Shown here in pieces: positions 1 to 11,790 of a DNA stretch of 64,000 nucleotides. The stretch is from assembly GCA_964016885.1 (NCBI GenBank), contig OZ024744.1, positions 3,348,001 to 3,412,000 of the forward strand, written 5' to 3'. The notes beneath the pieces are model-generated. The model saw only the letters and a program-made list of their open reading frames with translations, had not been told where the DNA came from and searched no databases. Each line of letters starts with the position of its first letter. Positions within the stretch are counted from its first letter, which is position 1. The DNA is from Eledone cirrhosa (lineage: Eukaryota). The position numbers and the translations under genes are program-made.

Positions 1-3000
1 TTGGTGAAGAACGAAGTTTTGGGGGAAGACAAGGTAGAGAAAGATAGCTTGGTGAAGAACGAAGTTTTGGGGGAAGACAAGGTAGAGAAAGATAGCTTGG
101 TGAAGAACGAAGTTTTGGGGAAGACAATGTAGAGAAAGATATATTGGTGAAGAACGAAGTTTTGGGGGAAGACAAGGTAGAGAAAGATAGCTTGGTGAAG
201 AACGAAGTTTTGAGGGAAGACAAGGTAGAGAAAGATAGCTTGGTGAATAACGAAGTTTTGGGAGAAGACAAGGTAGAGAAAGATAGCGTGGTGAAGAACG
301 ACGTTTTGAGGGAAGACAAGGTAGAGAAAGATAGCTTGGTGAAGAACGAAGTTTTGGGGGAAGACAAGGTAGAGAAAGATAGCTTGGTGAAGAACGAAGT
401 TTTGGGGAAGACAATGTAGAGAAAGATAGCTTGGTGAAGAACGAAGTTTTGGGGGAAGACAAGGTAGAGAAAGATAGCTTGGTGAAGAACGAAGTTTTGG
501 GGGGAAGACAAGGTAGAGAAAGATAGCTTGGTGAAGAACGACGTTTTGAGGGAAGACAAGGTAGAGAAAGATAGCTTGGTGAAGAACGAAGTTATGGGGA
601 AGACAATGTAGAGAAAGATAGCTTGGTGAAGAACGAAGTTTTGGGGGAAGACAAGGTAGAGAAAGATAGCTTGGTGAAGAACGAAGTTCTGAGGGAAGAC
701 AAGGTAGAGAAAGATAGCTTGGTGAAGAACGAAGTTTTGGGAGAAGACAAGGTAGAGAAAGATATCTTGGTGAAGAACGAAGTTTTGACGGAAGACAAGG
801 TAGAGAAAGATAGCTTGGTGAAGAATGACGTTTTGTGGGAAGACAAGGTAGAGAAAGATAGGTTGGTGAAGAACGAAGTTTTGTGTGAAGACAAGCTAGA
901 GAAAGATAGCTTGGTGAAGAACGAAGTTTTGGGGGAAGACAAGGTAGAGAAAGATAGATTGGTGAAGAACGAAGTTTTGAGGGATGACAAGGTAGAGAAA
1001 GATGACTTGGTGAAGAACGAAGTTTTGGGGGAAGACAAGGTAGAGAAAGATAGCTTGGTGAAGAACGAAGTTTTGGGGGAAGACAAGGTAGAGTAAGATA
1101 GCTTGGTGAAGAACGAAGTTTTGGGGGAAGACAAGGTAGAGAAAGATAGCTTGGTGAAGAACGATGTTTTGGGGAAGACAATGTAGAGAAAGATAGCTTG
1201 GTGAAGAACGAAGTTTTGAGGGAAGACAAGGTATAGAAAGATAGCTTGGTGAATAACGAAGTTTTGGGAGAAGACAAGGTCGAGAAAGATAGCTTGGTGA
1301 AGAACGAAGTTTTGAGGGAAAACAATGTAGAGAAAGATAGCTTGGTGAAGAACGAAGTTTTGGGGGAAGACAAGGTAGAGAAAGATAGCTTGGTGAAGAA
1401 CGAAGTTTTGGGGGAAGACAAGGTAGAGAAAGATAGCTTGGTGAAGGACGAGGTTTTGAGGGAAGACAAGGTAGAGAAAGATAGCTTGGTGAAGAACGAC
1501 GTTTTGTGGGAAGACAAGGTAGAGAAAGATAGCTTGGTGAAGAACGAAGTTTTGTGGGAAGACAAGGTAGAGAAAGATAGCTTGGTGAAGAACGAAGTTT
1601 TGGGGGAAGACAAGGTAGAGAAAGATAGCTTGGTGAAAAACGAAGTTTTGGGGGAAGACAAGGTAGAGAAAGATAGCTTGGTGAACAACGAAGTTTTGGG
1701 GGAAGACAAGGTAGAGAAAGATAGCTTGGTGAAGAACGAAGTTTTGGGGAAGACAATGTAGAGAAAGATATATTGGTGAAGAACGAAGTTTTGGGGGAAG
1801 ACAAGGTAGAGAAAGATAGCTTGGTGAAGAACGAAGTTTTGAGGGAAGACAAGGTAGAGAAAGATAGCTTGGTGAATAACGAAGTTTTGGGAGAAGACAA
1901 GGTAGAGAAAGATAGCTTGGTGAAGAACGACGTTTTGAGGGAAGACAAGGTAGAGAAAGATAGCTTGGTGAAGAACGAAGTTTTGGGGAAGACAATGTAG
2001 AGAAAGATAGCTTGGTGAAGAACGAAGTTTTGGGGGAAGACAAGGTAGAGAAAGATAGCTTGGTGAAGAACGAAGTTTTGGGGGGAAGACAAGGTAGAGA
2101 AAGATAGCTTGGTGTAGAACGACGTTTTGAGGGAAGACAAGGTAGAGAAAGATAGCTTGGTGAAGAACGAAGTTATGGGGAAGACAATGTAGAGAAAGAT
2201 AGCTTGGTGAAGAACGAAGTTTTGGGGGAAGACAAGGTAGAGAAAGATAGCTTGGTGAAGAACGATGTTTTGGGGAAGACAATGTAGAGAAAGATAGCTT
2301 GGTGAAGAACGAAGTTTTGGGGGAAGACAAGGTAGAGAAAGATAGCTTGGTGAAGAACGAAGTTTTGAGGGAAGACAAGGTATAGAAAGATAGCTTGGTG
2401 AATAACGAAGTTTTGGGAGAAGACAAGGTCGAGAAAGATAGCTTGGTGAAGAACGAAGTTTTGAGGGAAGACAATGTAGAGAAAGATAGCTTGGTGAAGA
2501 ACGAAGTTTTGGGGGAAGACAAGGTAGAGTAAGATAGCTTGGTGAAGAACGAAGTTTTGGGGGAAGACAAGGTAGAGAAAGATAGCTTGGTGAAGAACGA
2601 TGTTTTGGGGAAGACAATGTAGAGAAAGATAGCTTGGTGAAGAACGAAGTTTTGAGGGAAGACAAGGTATAGAAAGATAGCTTGGTGAATAACGAAGTTT
2701 TGGGAGAAGACAAGGTCGAGAAAGATAGCTTGGTGAAGAACGAAGTTTTGAGGGAAAACAATGTAGAGAAAGATAGCTTGGTGAAGAACGAAGTTTTGGG
2801 GGAAGACAAGGTAGAGAAAGATAGCTTGGTGAAGAACGAAGTTTTGGGGGAAGACAAGGTAGAGAAAGATAGCTTGGTGAAGGACGAAGTTTTGAGGGAA
2901 GACAAGGTAGAGAAAGATAGCTTGGTGAAGAACGACGTTTTGTGGGAAGACAAGGTAGAGAAAGATAGCTTGGTGAAGAACGAAGTTTTGGGGGAAGACA

Positions 3001-5465
3001 AGGTAGAGAAAGATAGCTTGGTGAAAAACGAAGTTTTGGGGGAAGACAAGGTAGAGAAAGATAGCTTGGTGAACAACGAAGTTTTGGGGGAAGACAAGGT
3101 AGAGAAAGATAGCTTGGTGAAGAACGAAGTTTTGGGGAAGACAATGTAGAGAAAGATATATTGGTGAAGAACGAAGTTTTGGGGGAAGACAAGGTAGAGA
3201 AAGATAGCTTGGTGAAGAACGAAGTTTTGAGGGAAGACAAGGTAGAGAAAGATAGCTTGGTGAATAACGAAGTTTTGGGAGAAGACAAGGTAGAGAAAGA
3301 TAGCTTGGTGAAGAACGACGTTTTGAGGGAAGACAAGGTAGAGAAAGATAGCTTGGTGAAGAACGAAGTTTTGGGGAAGACAATGTAGAGAAAGATAGCT
3401 TGGTGAAGAACGAAGTTTTGGGGGAAGACAAGGTAGAGAAAGATAGCTTGGTGAAGAACGACGTTTTGAGGGAAGACAAGGTAGAGAAAGATAGCTTGGT
3501 GAAGAACGAAGTTTTGGGGAAGACAATGTAGAGAAAGATAGCTTGGTGAAGAACGAAGTTTTGGGGGAAGACAAGGTAGAGAAAGATAGCTTGGTGAAGA
3601 ACGAAGTTTTGAGGGAAGACAAGGTATAGAAAGATAGCTTGGTGAATAACGAAGTTTTGGGAGAAGACAAGGTCGAGAAAGATAGCTTGGTGAAGAACGA
3701 AGTTTTGAGGGAAGACAATGTAGAGAAAGATAGCTTGGTGAAGAACGAAGTTTTGGGGGAAGACAAGGTAGAGTAAGATAGCTTGGTGAAGAACGAAGTT
3801 TTGGGGGAAGACAAGGTAGAGAAAGATAGCTTGGTGAAGAACGATGTTTTGGGGAAGACAATGTAGAGAAAGATAGCTTGGTGAAGAACGAAGTTTTGAG
3901 GGAAGACAAGGTATAGAAAGATAGCTTGGTGAATAACGAAGTTTTGGGAGAAGACAAGGTCGAGAAAGATAGCTTGGTGAAGAACGAAGTTTTGAGGGAA
4001 AACAATGTAGAGAAAGATAGCTTGGTGAAGAACGAAGTTTTGGGGGAAGACAAGGTAGAGAAAGATAGCTTGGTGAAGAACGAAGTTTTGGGGGAAGACA
4101 AGGTAGAGAAAGATAGCTTGGTGAAGGACGAAGTTTTGAGGGAAGACAAGGTAGAGAAAGATAGCTTGGTGAAGAACGACGTTTTGTGGGAAGACAAGGT
4201 AGAGAAAGATAGCTTGGTGAAGAACGAAGTTTTGTGGGAAGACAAGGTAGAGAAAGATAGCTTGGTGAAGAACGAAGTTTTGGGGGAAGACAAGGTAGAG
4301 AAAGATAGCTTGGTGAAAAACGAAGTTTTGGGGGAAGACAAGGTAGAGAAAGATAGCTTGGTGAACAACGAAGTTTTGGGGGAAGACAAGGTAGAGAAAG
4401 ATAGCTTGGTGAAGAACGAAGTTTTGGGGAAGACAATGTAGAGAAAGATATATTGGTGAAGAACGAAGTTTTGGGGGAAGACAAGGTAGAGAAAGATAGC
4501 TTGGTGAAGAACAAAGTTTTGAGGGAAGACAAGGTAGAGAAAGATAGCTTGGTGAATAACGAAGTTTTGGGAGAAGACAAGGTAGAGAAAGATAGCTTGG
4601 TGAAGAACGACGTTTTGAGGGAAGACAAGGTAGAGAAAGATAGCTTGGTGAAGAACGAAGTTTTGGGGAAGACAATGTAGAGAAAGATAGCTTGGTGAAG
4701 AACGAAGTTTTGGGGGAAGACAAGGTAGAGAAAGATAGCTTGGTGAAGAACGAAGTTTTGGGGGGAAGACAAGGTAGAGAAAGATAGCTTGGTGAAGAAC
4801 GACGTTTTGAGGGAAGACAAGGTAGAGAAAGATAGCTTGGTGAAAAACGAAGTTATGGGGAAGACAATGTAGAGAAAGATAGCTTGGTGAAGAACGAAGT
4901 TTTGGGGGAAGACAAGGTAGAGAAAGATAGCTTGGTGAAGAACGATGTTTTGGGGAAGACAATGTAGAGAAAGATAGCTTGGTGAAGAACGAAGTTTTGG
5001 GGGAAGACAAGGTAGAGAAAGATAGCTTGGTGAAGAACGAAGTTTTGAGGGAAGACAAGGTATAGAAAGATAGCTTGGTGAATAACGAAGTTTTGGGAGA
5101 AGACAAGGTCGAGAAAGATAGCTTGGTGAAGAACGAAGTTTTGAGGGAAGACAATGTAGAGAAAGATAGCTTGGTGAAGAACGAAGTTTTGGGGGGAAGA
5201 CAAGGTAGAGAAAGATAGCTTGGTGAAGAACGACGTTTTGAGGGAAGACAAGGTAGAGAAAGATAGCTTGGTGAAGAACGAAGTTTTGAGGGAAGACAAG
5301 GTAGAGAAAGATAGCTTGGTGAAGAACGACGTTTTGTGGGAAGACAAGGTAGAGAAAGATAGCTTGGTGAAGAACGAAGTTTTGTGGGAAGACAAGGTAG
5401 AGAAAGATAGCTTGGTGAAGAACGAAGTTTTGGGGGAAGACAAGGTAGAGAAAGATAGCTTGGTG
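1..5465 (+). repeat. Segmental block A, copy 1 (duplicated at offset 29,086)
   Basis: ORF-track entries pair at a constant offset: 144/29230, 623/29709, 1246/30332, 2682/31768, 3926/33012, 4853/33939. Differences seen at 1452, 2418 and 4513. Confidence 0.9.
592..2172 (+). repeat. 33-monomer higher-order unit (1,581 bp) bounded by TTATG marker monomers
   Basis: TTATG markers lie at 592 and 2173. The spacing of 1,581 equals 33x48 minus four 47-bp units plus one 49-bp unit. The same spacing recurs at 29678-31259, and 1,533-bp (32-mer) versions occur at 39984-41517 and 46745-48278. Confidence 0.8.
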
Positions 5466-8020
5466 AACAACGAAGTTTTGGGGGAAGACAAGGTAGAGAA
5501 AGATAGCTTGGTGAAGAACGAAGTTTTGGGGAAGACAATGTAGAGAAAGATATATTGGTGAAGAACGAAGTTTTGGGGGAAGACAAGGTAGAGAAAGATA
5601 GCTTGGTGAAGAACGAAGTTTTGAGGGAAGACAAGGTAGAGAAAGATAGCTTGGTGAATAACGAAGTTTTGGGAGAAGACAAGGTAGAGAAAGATAGCTT
5701 GGTGAAGAACGACGTTTTGAGGGAAGACAAGGTAGAGAAAGATAGCTTGGTGAAGAACGAAGTTTTGGGGAAGACAATGTAGAGAAAGATAGCTTGGTGA
5801 AGAACGAAGTTTTGGGGGAAGACAAGGTAGAGAAAGATAGCTTGGTGAAGAACGAAGTTTTGGGGGGAAGACAAGGTAGAGAAAGATAGCTTGGTGTAGA
5901 ACGACGTTTTGAGGGAAGACAAGGTAGAGAAAGATAGCTTGGTGAAGAACGAAGTTATGGGGAAGACAATGTAGAGAAAGATAGCTTGGTGAAGAACGAA
6001 GTTTTGGGGGAAGACAAGGTAGAGAAAGATAGCTTGGTGAAGAACGATGTTTTGGGGAAGACAATGTAGAGAAAGATAGCTTGGTGAAGAACGAAGTTTT
6101 GGGGGAAGACAAGGTAGAGAAAGATAGCTTGGTGAAGAACGAAGTTTTGAGGGAAGACAAGGTATAGAAAGATAGCTTGGTGAATAACGAAGTTTTGGGA
6201 GAAGACAAGGTCGAGAAAGATAGCTTGGTGAAGAACGAAGTTTTGAGGGAAGACAATGTAGAGAAAGATAGCTTGGTGAAGAACGAAGTTTTGGGGGAAG
6301 ACAAGGTAGAGTAAGATAGCTTGGTGAAGAACGAAGTTTTGGGGGAAGACAAGGTAGAGAAAGATAGCTTGGTGAAGAACGATGTTTTGGGGAAGACAAT
6401 GTAGAGAAAGATAGCTTGGTGAAGAACGAAGTTTTGAGGGAAGACAAGTTATAGAAAGATAGCTTGGTGAATAACGAAGTTTTGGGAGAAGACAAGGTCG
6501 AGAAAGATAGCTTGGTGAAGAACGAAGTTTTGAGGGAAAACAATGTAGAGAAAGATAGCTTGGTGAAGAACGAAGTTTTGGGGGAAGACAAGGTAGAGAA
6601 AGATAGCTTGGTGAAGAACGAAGTTTTGGGGGAAGACAAGGTAGAGAAAGATAGCTTGGTGAAGGACGAAGTTTTGAGGGAAGACAAGGTAGAGAAAGAT
6701 AGCTTGGTGAAGAACGACGTTTTGTGGGAAGACAAGGTAGAGAAAGATAGCTTGGTGAAGAACGAAGTTTTGTGGGAAGACAAGGTAGAGAAAGATAGCT
6801 TGGTGAAGAACGAAGTTTTGAGGGAAGACAAGGTATAGAAAGATAGCTTGGTGAATAACGAAGTTTTGGGAGAAGACAAGGTCGAGAAAGATAGCTTGGT
6901 GAAGAACGAAGTTTTGAGGGAAGACAAGGTATAGAAAGATAGCTTGGTGAATAACGAAGTTTTGGGGAAGACAATGTAGAGAAAGATAGCTTGGTGAAGA
7001 ACGAAGTTTTGGGGGAAGACAAGGTAGAGAAAGATAGCTTGGTGAAGAACGAAGTTTTGAGGGAAGACAAGGTATAGAAAGATAGCTTGGTGAATAACGA
7101 AGTTTTGGGAGAAGACAAGGTCGAGAAAGATAGCTTGGTGAAGAACGAAGTTTTGAGGGAAGACAATGTAGAGAAAGATAGCTTGGTGAAGAACGAAGTT
7201 TTGGGGGAAGACAAGGTAGAGAAAGATAGCTTGGTGAAGAACGAAGTTTTGGGGGAAGACAAGGTAGAGAAAGACAGCTTGGTGAAGAACGAAGTTTTGA
7301 GGGAAGACAAGGTAGAGAAAGATAGCTTGGTGAAGAACGACGTTTTGTGGGAAGACAAGGTAGAGAAAGATAGCTTGGTGAAGAACGAAGTTTTGTGGGA
7401 AGACAAGGTAGAGAAAGATAGCTTGGTGAAGAACGAAGTTTTGGGGGAAGACAAGGTAGAGAAAGATAGCTTGGTGAAGAACGAAGTTTTGGGGGAAGAC
7501 AAGGTAGAGAAAGATAGCTTGGTGAAGAACGAAGTTTTGGGGAAGACAATGTAGAGAAAGATATATTGGTGAAGAACGAAGTTTTGGGGGAAGACAAGGT
7601 AGAGAAAGATAGCTTGGTGAAGAACGAAGTTTTGAGGGAAGACAAGGTAGAGAAAGATAGCTTGGTGAATAACGAAGTTTTGGGAGAAGACAAGGTAGAG
7701 AAAGATAGCGTGGTGAAGAACGACGTTTTGAGGGAAGACAAGGTAGAGAAAGATAGCTTGGTGAAGAACGAAGTTTTGGGGGAAGACAAGGTAGAGAAAG
7801 ATAGCTTGGTGAAGAACGAAGTTTTGGGGAAGACAATGTAGAGAAAGATAGCTTGGTGAAGAACGAAGTTTTGGGGGAAGACAAGGTAGAGAAAGATAGC
7901 TTGGTGAAGAACGAAGTTTTGGGGGGAAGACAAGGTAGAGAAAGATAGCTTGGTGAAGAACGACGTTTTGAGGGAAGACAAGGTAGAGAAAGATAGCTTG
8001 GTGAAGAACGAAGTTATGGG
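4319..8020 (+). repeat. Segmental block B, copy 1 (duplicated at offset 11,788)
   Basis: ORF pairs 4453/16241, 5220/17008, 6464/18252, 7087/18875 and 7566/19354. The CAAGTTATAG variant was seen only at 6449 and 18237. Confidence 0.9.
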
Positions 8021-8140
8021 GAAGACAATGTAGAGAAAGATAGCTTGGTGAAGAACGAAGTTTTGGGGGAAGACAAGGTAGAGAAAGATAGCTTGGTGAA
8101 GAACGAAGTTCTGAGGGAAGACAAGGTAGAGAAAGATAGC

Positions 8141-8716
8141 TTGGTGAAGAACGAAGTTTTGGGAGAAGACAAGGTAGAGAAAGATAGCTTGGTGAAGAAC
8201 GAAGTTTTGAGGGAAAACAATGTAGAGAAAGATAGCTTGGTGAAGAACGAAGTTTTGGGGGAAGACAAGGTAGAGAAAGATAGCTTGGTGAAGAACGAAG
8301 TTTTGGGGGAAGACAAGGTAGAGAAAGATAGCTTGGTGAAGGACGAAGTTTTGAGGGAAGACAAGGTAGAGAAAGATAGCTTGGTGAAGAACGACGTTTT
8401 GTGGGAAGACAAGGTAGAGAAAGATAGCTTGGTGAAGAACGAAGTTTTGGGAGAAGACAAGGTAGAGAAAGATAGCTTGGTGAAGAACGAAGTTTTGAGG
8501 GAAAACAATGTAGAGAAAGATAGCTTGGTGAAGAACGAAGTTTTGGGGGAAGACAAGGTAGAGAAAGATAGCTTGGTGAAGAACGAAGTTTTGGGGGAAG
8601 ACAAGGTAGAGAAAGATAGCTTGGTGAAGGACGAAGTTTTGAGGGAAGACAAGGTAGAGAAAGATAGCTTGGTGAAGAACGACGTTTTGTGGGAAGACAA
8701 GGTAGAGAAAGATAGC
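8141..8716 (+). repeat. Local tandem duplication of a 6-monomer (288-bp) unit
   Basis: The run GGGAG monomer, GAAAACAATG monomer, two consensus monomers, GGAC monomer and GAC/GTGGG monomer occurs twice. GAAAAC is at 8213 and 8501. Confidence 0.85.
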
Positions 8717-11700
8717 TTGGTGAAGAACGAAGTTTTGTGGGAAGACAAGGTAGAGAAAGATAGCTTGGTGAAGAACGAAGTTTTGAGGGAAGACAAGGTA
8801 TAGAAAGATAGCTTGGTGAATAACGAAGTTTTGGGAGAAGACAAGGTCGAGAAAGATAGCTTGGTGAAGAACGAAGTTTTGAGGGAAGACAAGGTATAGA
8901 AAGATAGCTTGGTGAATAACGAAGTTTTGGGGAAGACAATGTAGAGAAAGATAGCTTGGTGAAGAACGAAGTTTTGGGGGAAGACAAGGTAGAGAAAGAT
9001 AGCTTGGTGAAGAACGAAGTTTTGAGGGAAGACAAGGTATAGAAAGATAGCTTGGTGAATAACGAAGTTTTGGGAGAAGACAAGGTCGAGAAAGATAGCT
9101 TGGTGAAGAACGAAGTTTTGAGGGAAGACAATGTAGAGAAAGATAGCTTGGTGAAGAACGAAGTTTTGGGGGAAGACAAGGTAGAGAAAGATAGCTTGGT
9201 GAAGAACGAAGTTTTGGGGGAAGACAAGGTAGAGAAAGACAGCTTGGTGAAGAACGAAGTTTTGAGGGAAGACAAGGTAGAGAAAGATAGCTTGGTGAAG
9301 AACGACGTTTTGTGGGAAGACAAGGTAGAGAAAGATAGCTTGGTGAAGAACGAAGTTTTGTGGGAAGACAAGGTAGAGAAAGATAGCTTGGTGAAGAACG
9401 AAGTTTTGGGGGAAGACAAGGTAGAGAAAGATAGCTTGGTGAAGAACGAAGTTTTGGGGGAAGACAAGGTAGAGAAAGATAGCTTGGTGAAGAACGAAGT
9501 TTTGGGGAAGACAATGTAGAGAAAGATATATTGGTGAAGAACGAAGTTTTGGGGGAAGACAAGGTAGAGAAAGATAGCTTGGTGAAGAACGAAGTTTTGA
9601 GGGAAGACAAGGTAGAGAAAGATAGCTTGGTGAATAACGAAGTTTTGGGAGAAGACAAGGTAGAGAAAGATAGCGTGGTGAAGAACGACGTTTTGAGGGA
9701 AGACAAGGTAGAGAAAGATAGCTTGGTGAAGAACGAAGTTTTGGGGGAAGACAAGGTAGAGAAAGATAGCTTGGTGAAGAACGAAGTTTTGGGGAAGACA
9801 ATGTAGAGAAAGATAGCTTGGTGAAGAACGAAGTTTTGGGGGAAGACAAGGTAGAGAAAGATAGCTTGGTGAAGAACGAAGTTTTGGGGGGAAGACAAGG
9901 TAGAGAAAGATAGCTTGGTGAAGAACGACGTTTTGAGGGAAGACAAGGTAGAGAAAGATAGCTTGGTGAAGAACGAAGTTATGGGGAAGACAATGTAGAG
10001 AAAGATAGCTTGGTGAAGAACGAAGTTTTGGGGGAAGACAAGGTAGAGAAAGATAGCTTGGTGAAGAACGAAGTTCTGAGGGAAGACAAGGTAGAGAAAG
10101 ATAGCTTGGTGAAGAACGAAGTTTTGGGAGAAGACAAGGTAGAGAAAGATATCTTGGTGAAGAACGAAGTTTTGACGGAAGACAAGGTAGAGAAAGATAG
10201 CTTGGTGAAGAATGACGTTTTGTGGGAAGACAAGGTAGAGAAAGATAGGTTGGTGAAGAACGAAGTTTTGTGTGAAGACAAGCTAGAGAAAGATAGCTTG
10301 GTGAAGAACGAAGTTTTGGGGGAAGACAAGGTAGAGAAAGATAGCTTGGTGAAGAACGAAGTTTTGGGGAAGACAATGTAGAGAAAGATATATTGGTGAA
10401 GAACGAAGTTTTGGGGGAAGACAAGGTAGAGAAAGATAGCTTGGTGAAGAACGAAGTTTTGAGGGAAGACAAGGTAGAGAAAGATAGCTTGGTGAATAAC
10501 GAAGTTTTGGGAGAAGACAAGGTAGAGAAAGATAGCTTGGTGAAGAACGACGTTTTGAGGGAAGACAAGGTAGAGAAAGATAGCTTGGTGAAGAACGAAG
10601 TTTTGGGGAAGACAATGTAGAGAAAGATAGCTTGGTGAAGAACGAAGTTTTGGGGGAAGACAAGGTAGAGAAAGATAGCTTGGTGAAGAACGAAGTTTTG
10701 GGGGAAGACAAGGTAGAGAAAGACAGCTTGGTGAAGAACGAAGTTTTGAGGGAAGACAAGGTAGAGAAAGATAGCTTGGTGAAGAACGACGTTTTGTGGG
10801 AAGACAAGGTAGAGAAAGATAGCTTGGTGAAGAACGAAGTTTTGTGGGAAGACAAGGTAGAGAAAGATAGCTTGGTGAAGAACGAAGTTTTGGGGGAAGA
10901 CAAGGTAGAGAAAGATAGCTTGGTGAAGAACGAAGTTTTGGGGGAAGACAAGGTAGAGAAAGATAGCTTGGTGAAGAACGAAGTTTTGGGGAAGACAATG
11001 TAGAGAAAGATATATTGGTGAAGAACGAAGTTTTGGGGGAAGACAAGGTAGAGAAAGATAGCTTGGTGAAGAACGAAGTTTTGAGGGAAGACAAGGTAGA
11101 GAAAGATAGCTTGGTGAATAACGAAGTTTTGGGAGAAGACAAGGTAGAGAAAGATAGCGTGGTGAAGAACGACGTTTTGAGGGAAGACAAGGTAGAGAAA
11201 GATAGCTTGGTGAAGAACGAAGTTTTGGGGGAAGACAAGGTAGAGAAAGATAGCTTGGTGAAGAACGAAGTTTTGGGGAAGACAATGTAGAGAAAGATAG
11301 CTTGGTGAAGAACGAAGTTTTGGGGGAAGACAAGGTAGAGAAAGATAGCTTGGTGAAGAACGAAGTTTTGGGGGGAAGACAAGGTAGAGAAAGATAGCTT
11401 GGTGAAGAACGACGTTTTGAGGGAAGACAAGGTAGAGAAAGATAGCTTGGTGAAGAACGAAGTTATGGGGAAGACAATGTAGAGAAAGATAGCTTGGTGA
11501 AGAACGAAGTTTTGGGGGAAGACAAGGTAGAGAAAGATAGCTTGGTGAAGAACGAAGTTCTGAGGGAAGACAAGGTAGAGAAAGATAGCTTGGTGAAGAA
11601 CGAAGTTTTGGGAGAAGACAAGGTAGAGAAAGATATCTTGGTGAAGAACGAAGTTTTGACGGAAGACAAGGTAGAGAAAGATAGCTTGGTGAAGAATGAC

Positions 11701-11790
11701 GTTTTGTGGGAAGACAAGGTAGAGAAAGATAGGTTGGTGAAGAACGAAGTTTTGTGTGAAGACAAGCTAGAGAAAGATAGCTTGGTGAAG

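Noticed and set aside
17-25. Telomere-like TTTTGGGG motif and G-quadruplex potential
   Set aside because: There is only one G tract per 48 bp, with ~43-nt gaps, and it is the most frequently disrupted site. It is not a tandem telomeric repeat and does not fit a canonical G4 pattern.
31-39. Splice-donor-like AAG/GTAGAG in every monomer
   Set aside because: The match to the donor consensus is partial and the purine-rich plus strand has no polypyrimidine acceptor, so no exon structure can be supported.
48-64. CENP-B box-like motif on the minus strand (CTTCGTTCTTCACCAAG)
   Set aside because: It shares the CTTCGTT start with the CENP-B box but lacks the essential A and most of CGGG, matching only 5 of 9 core positions.
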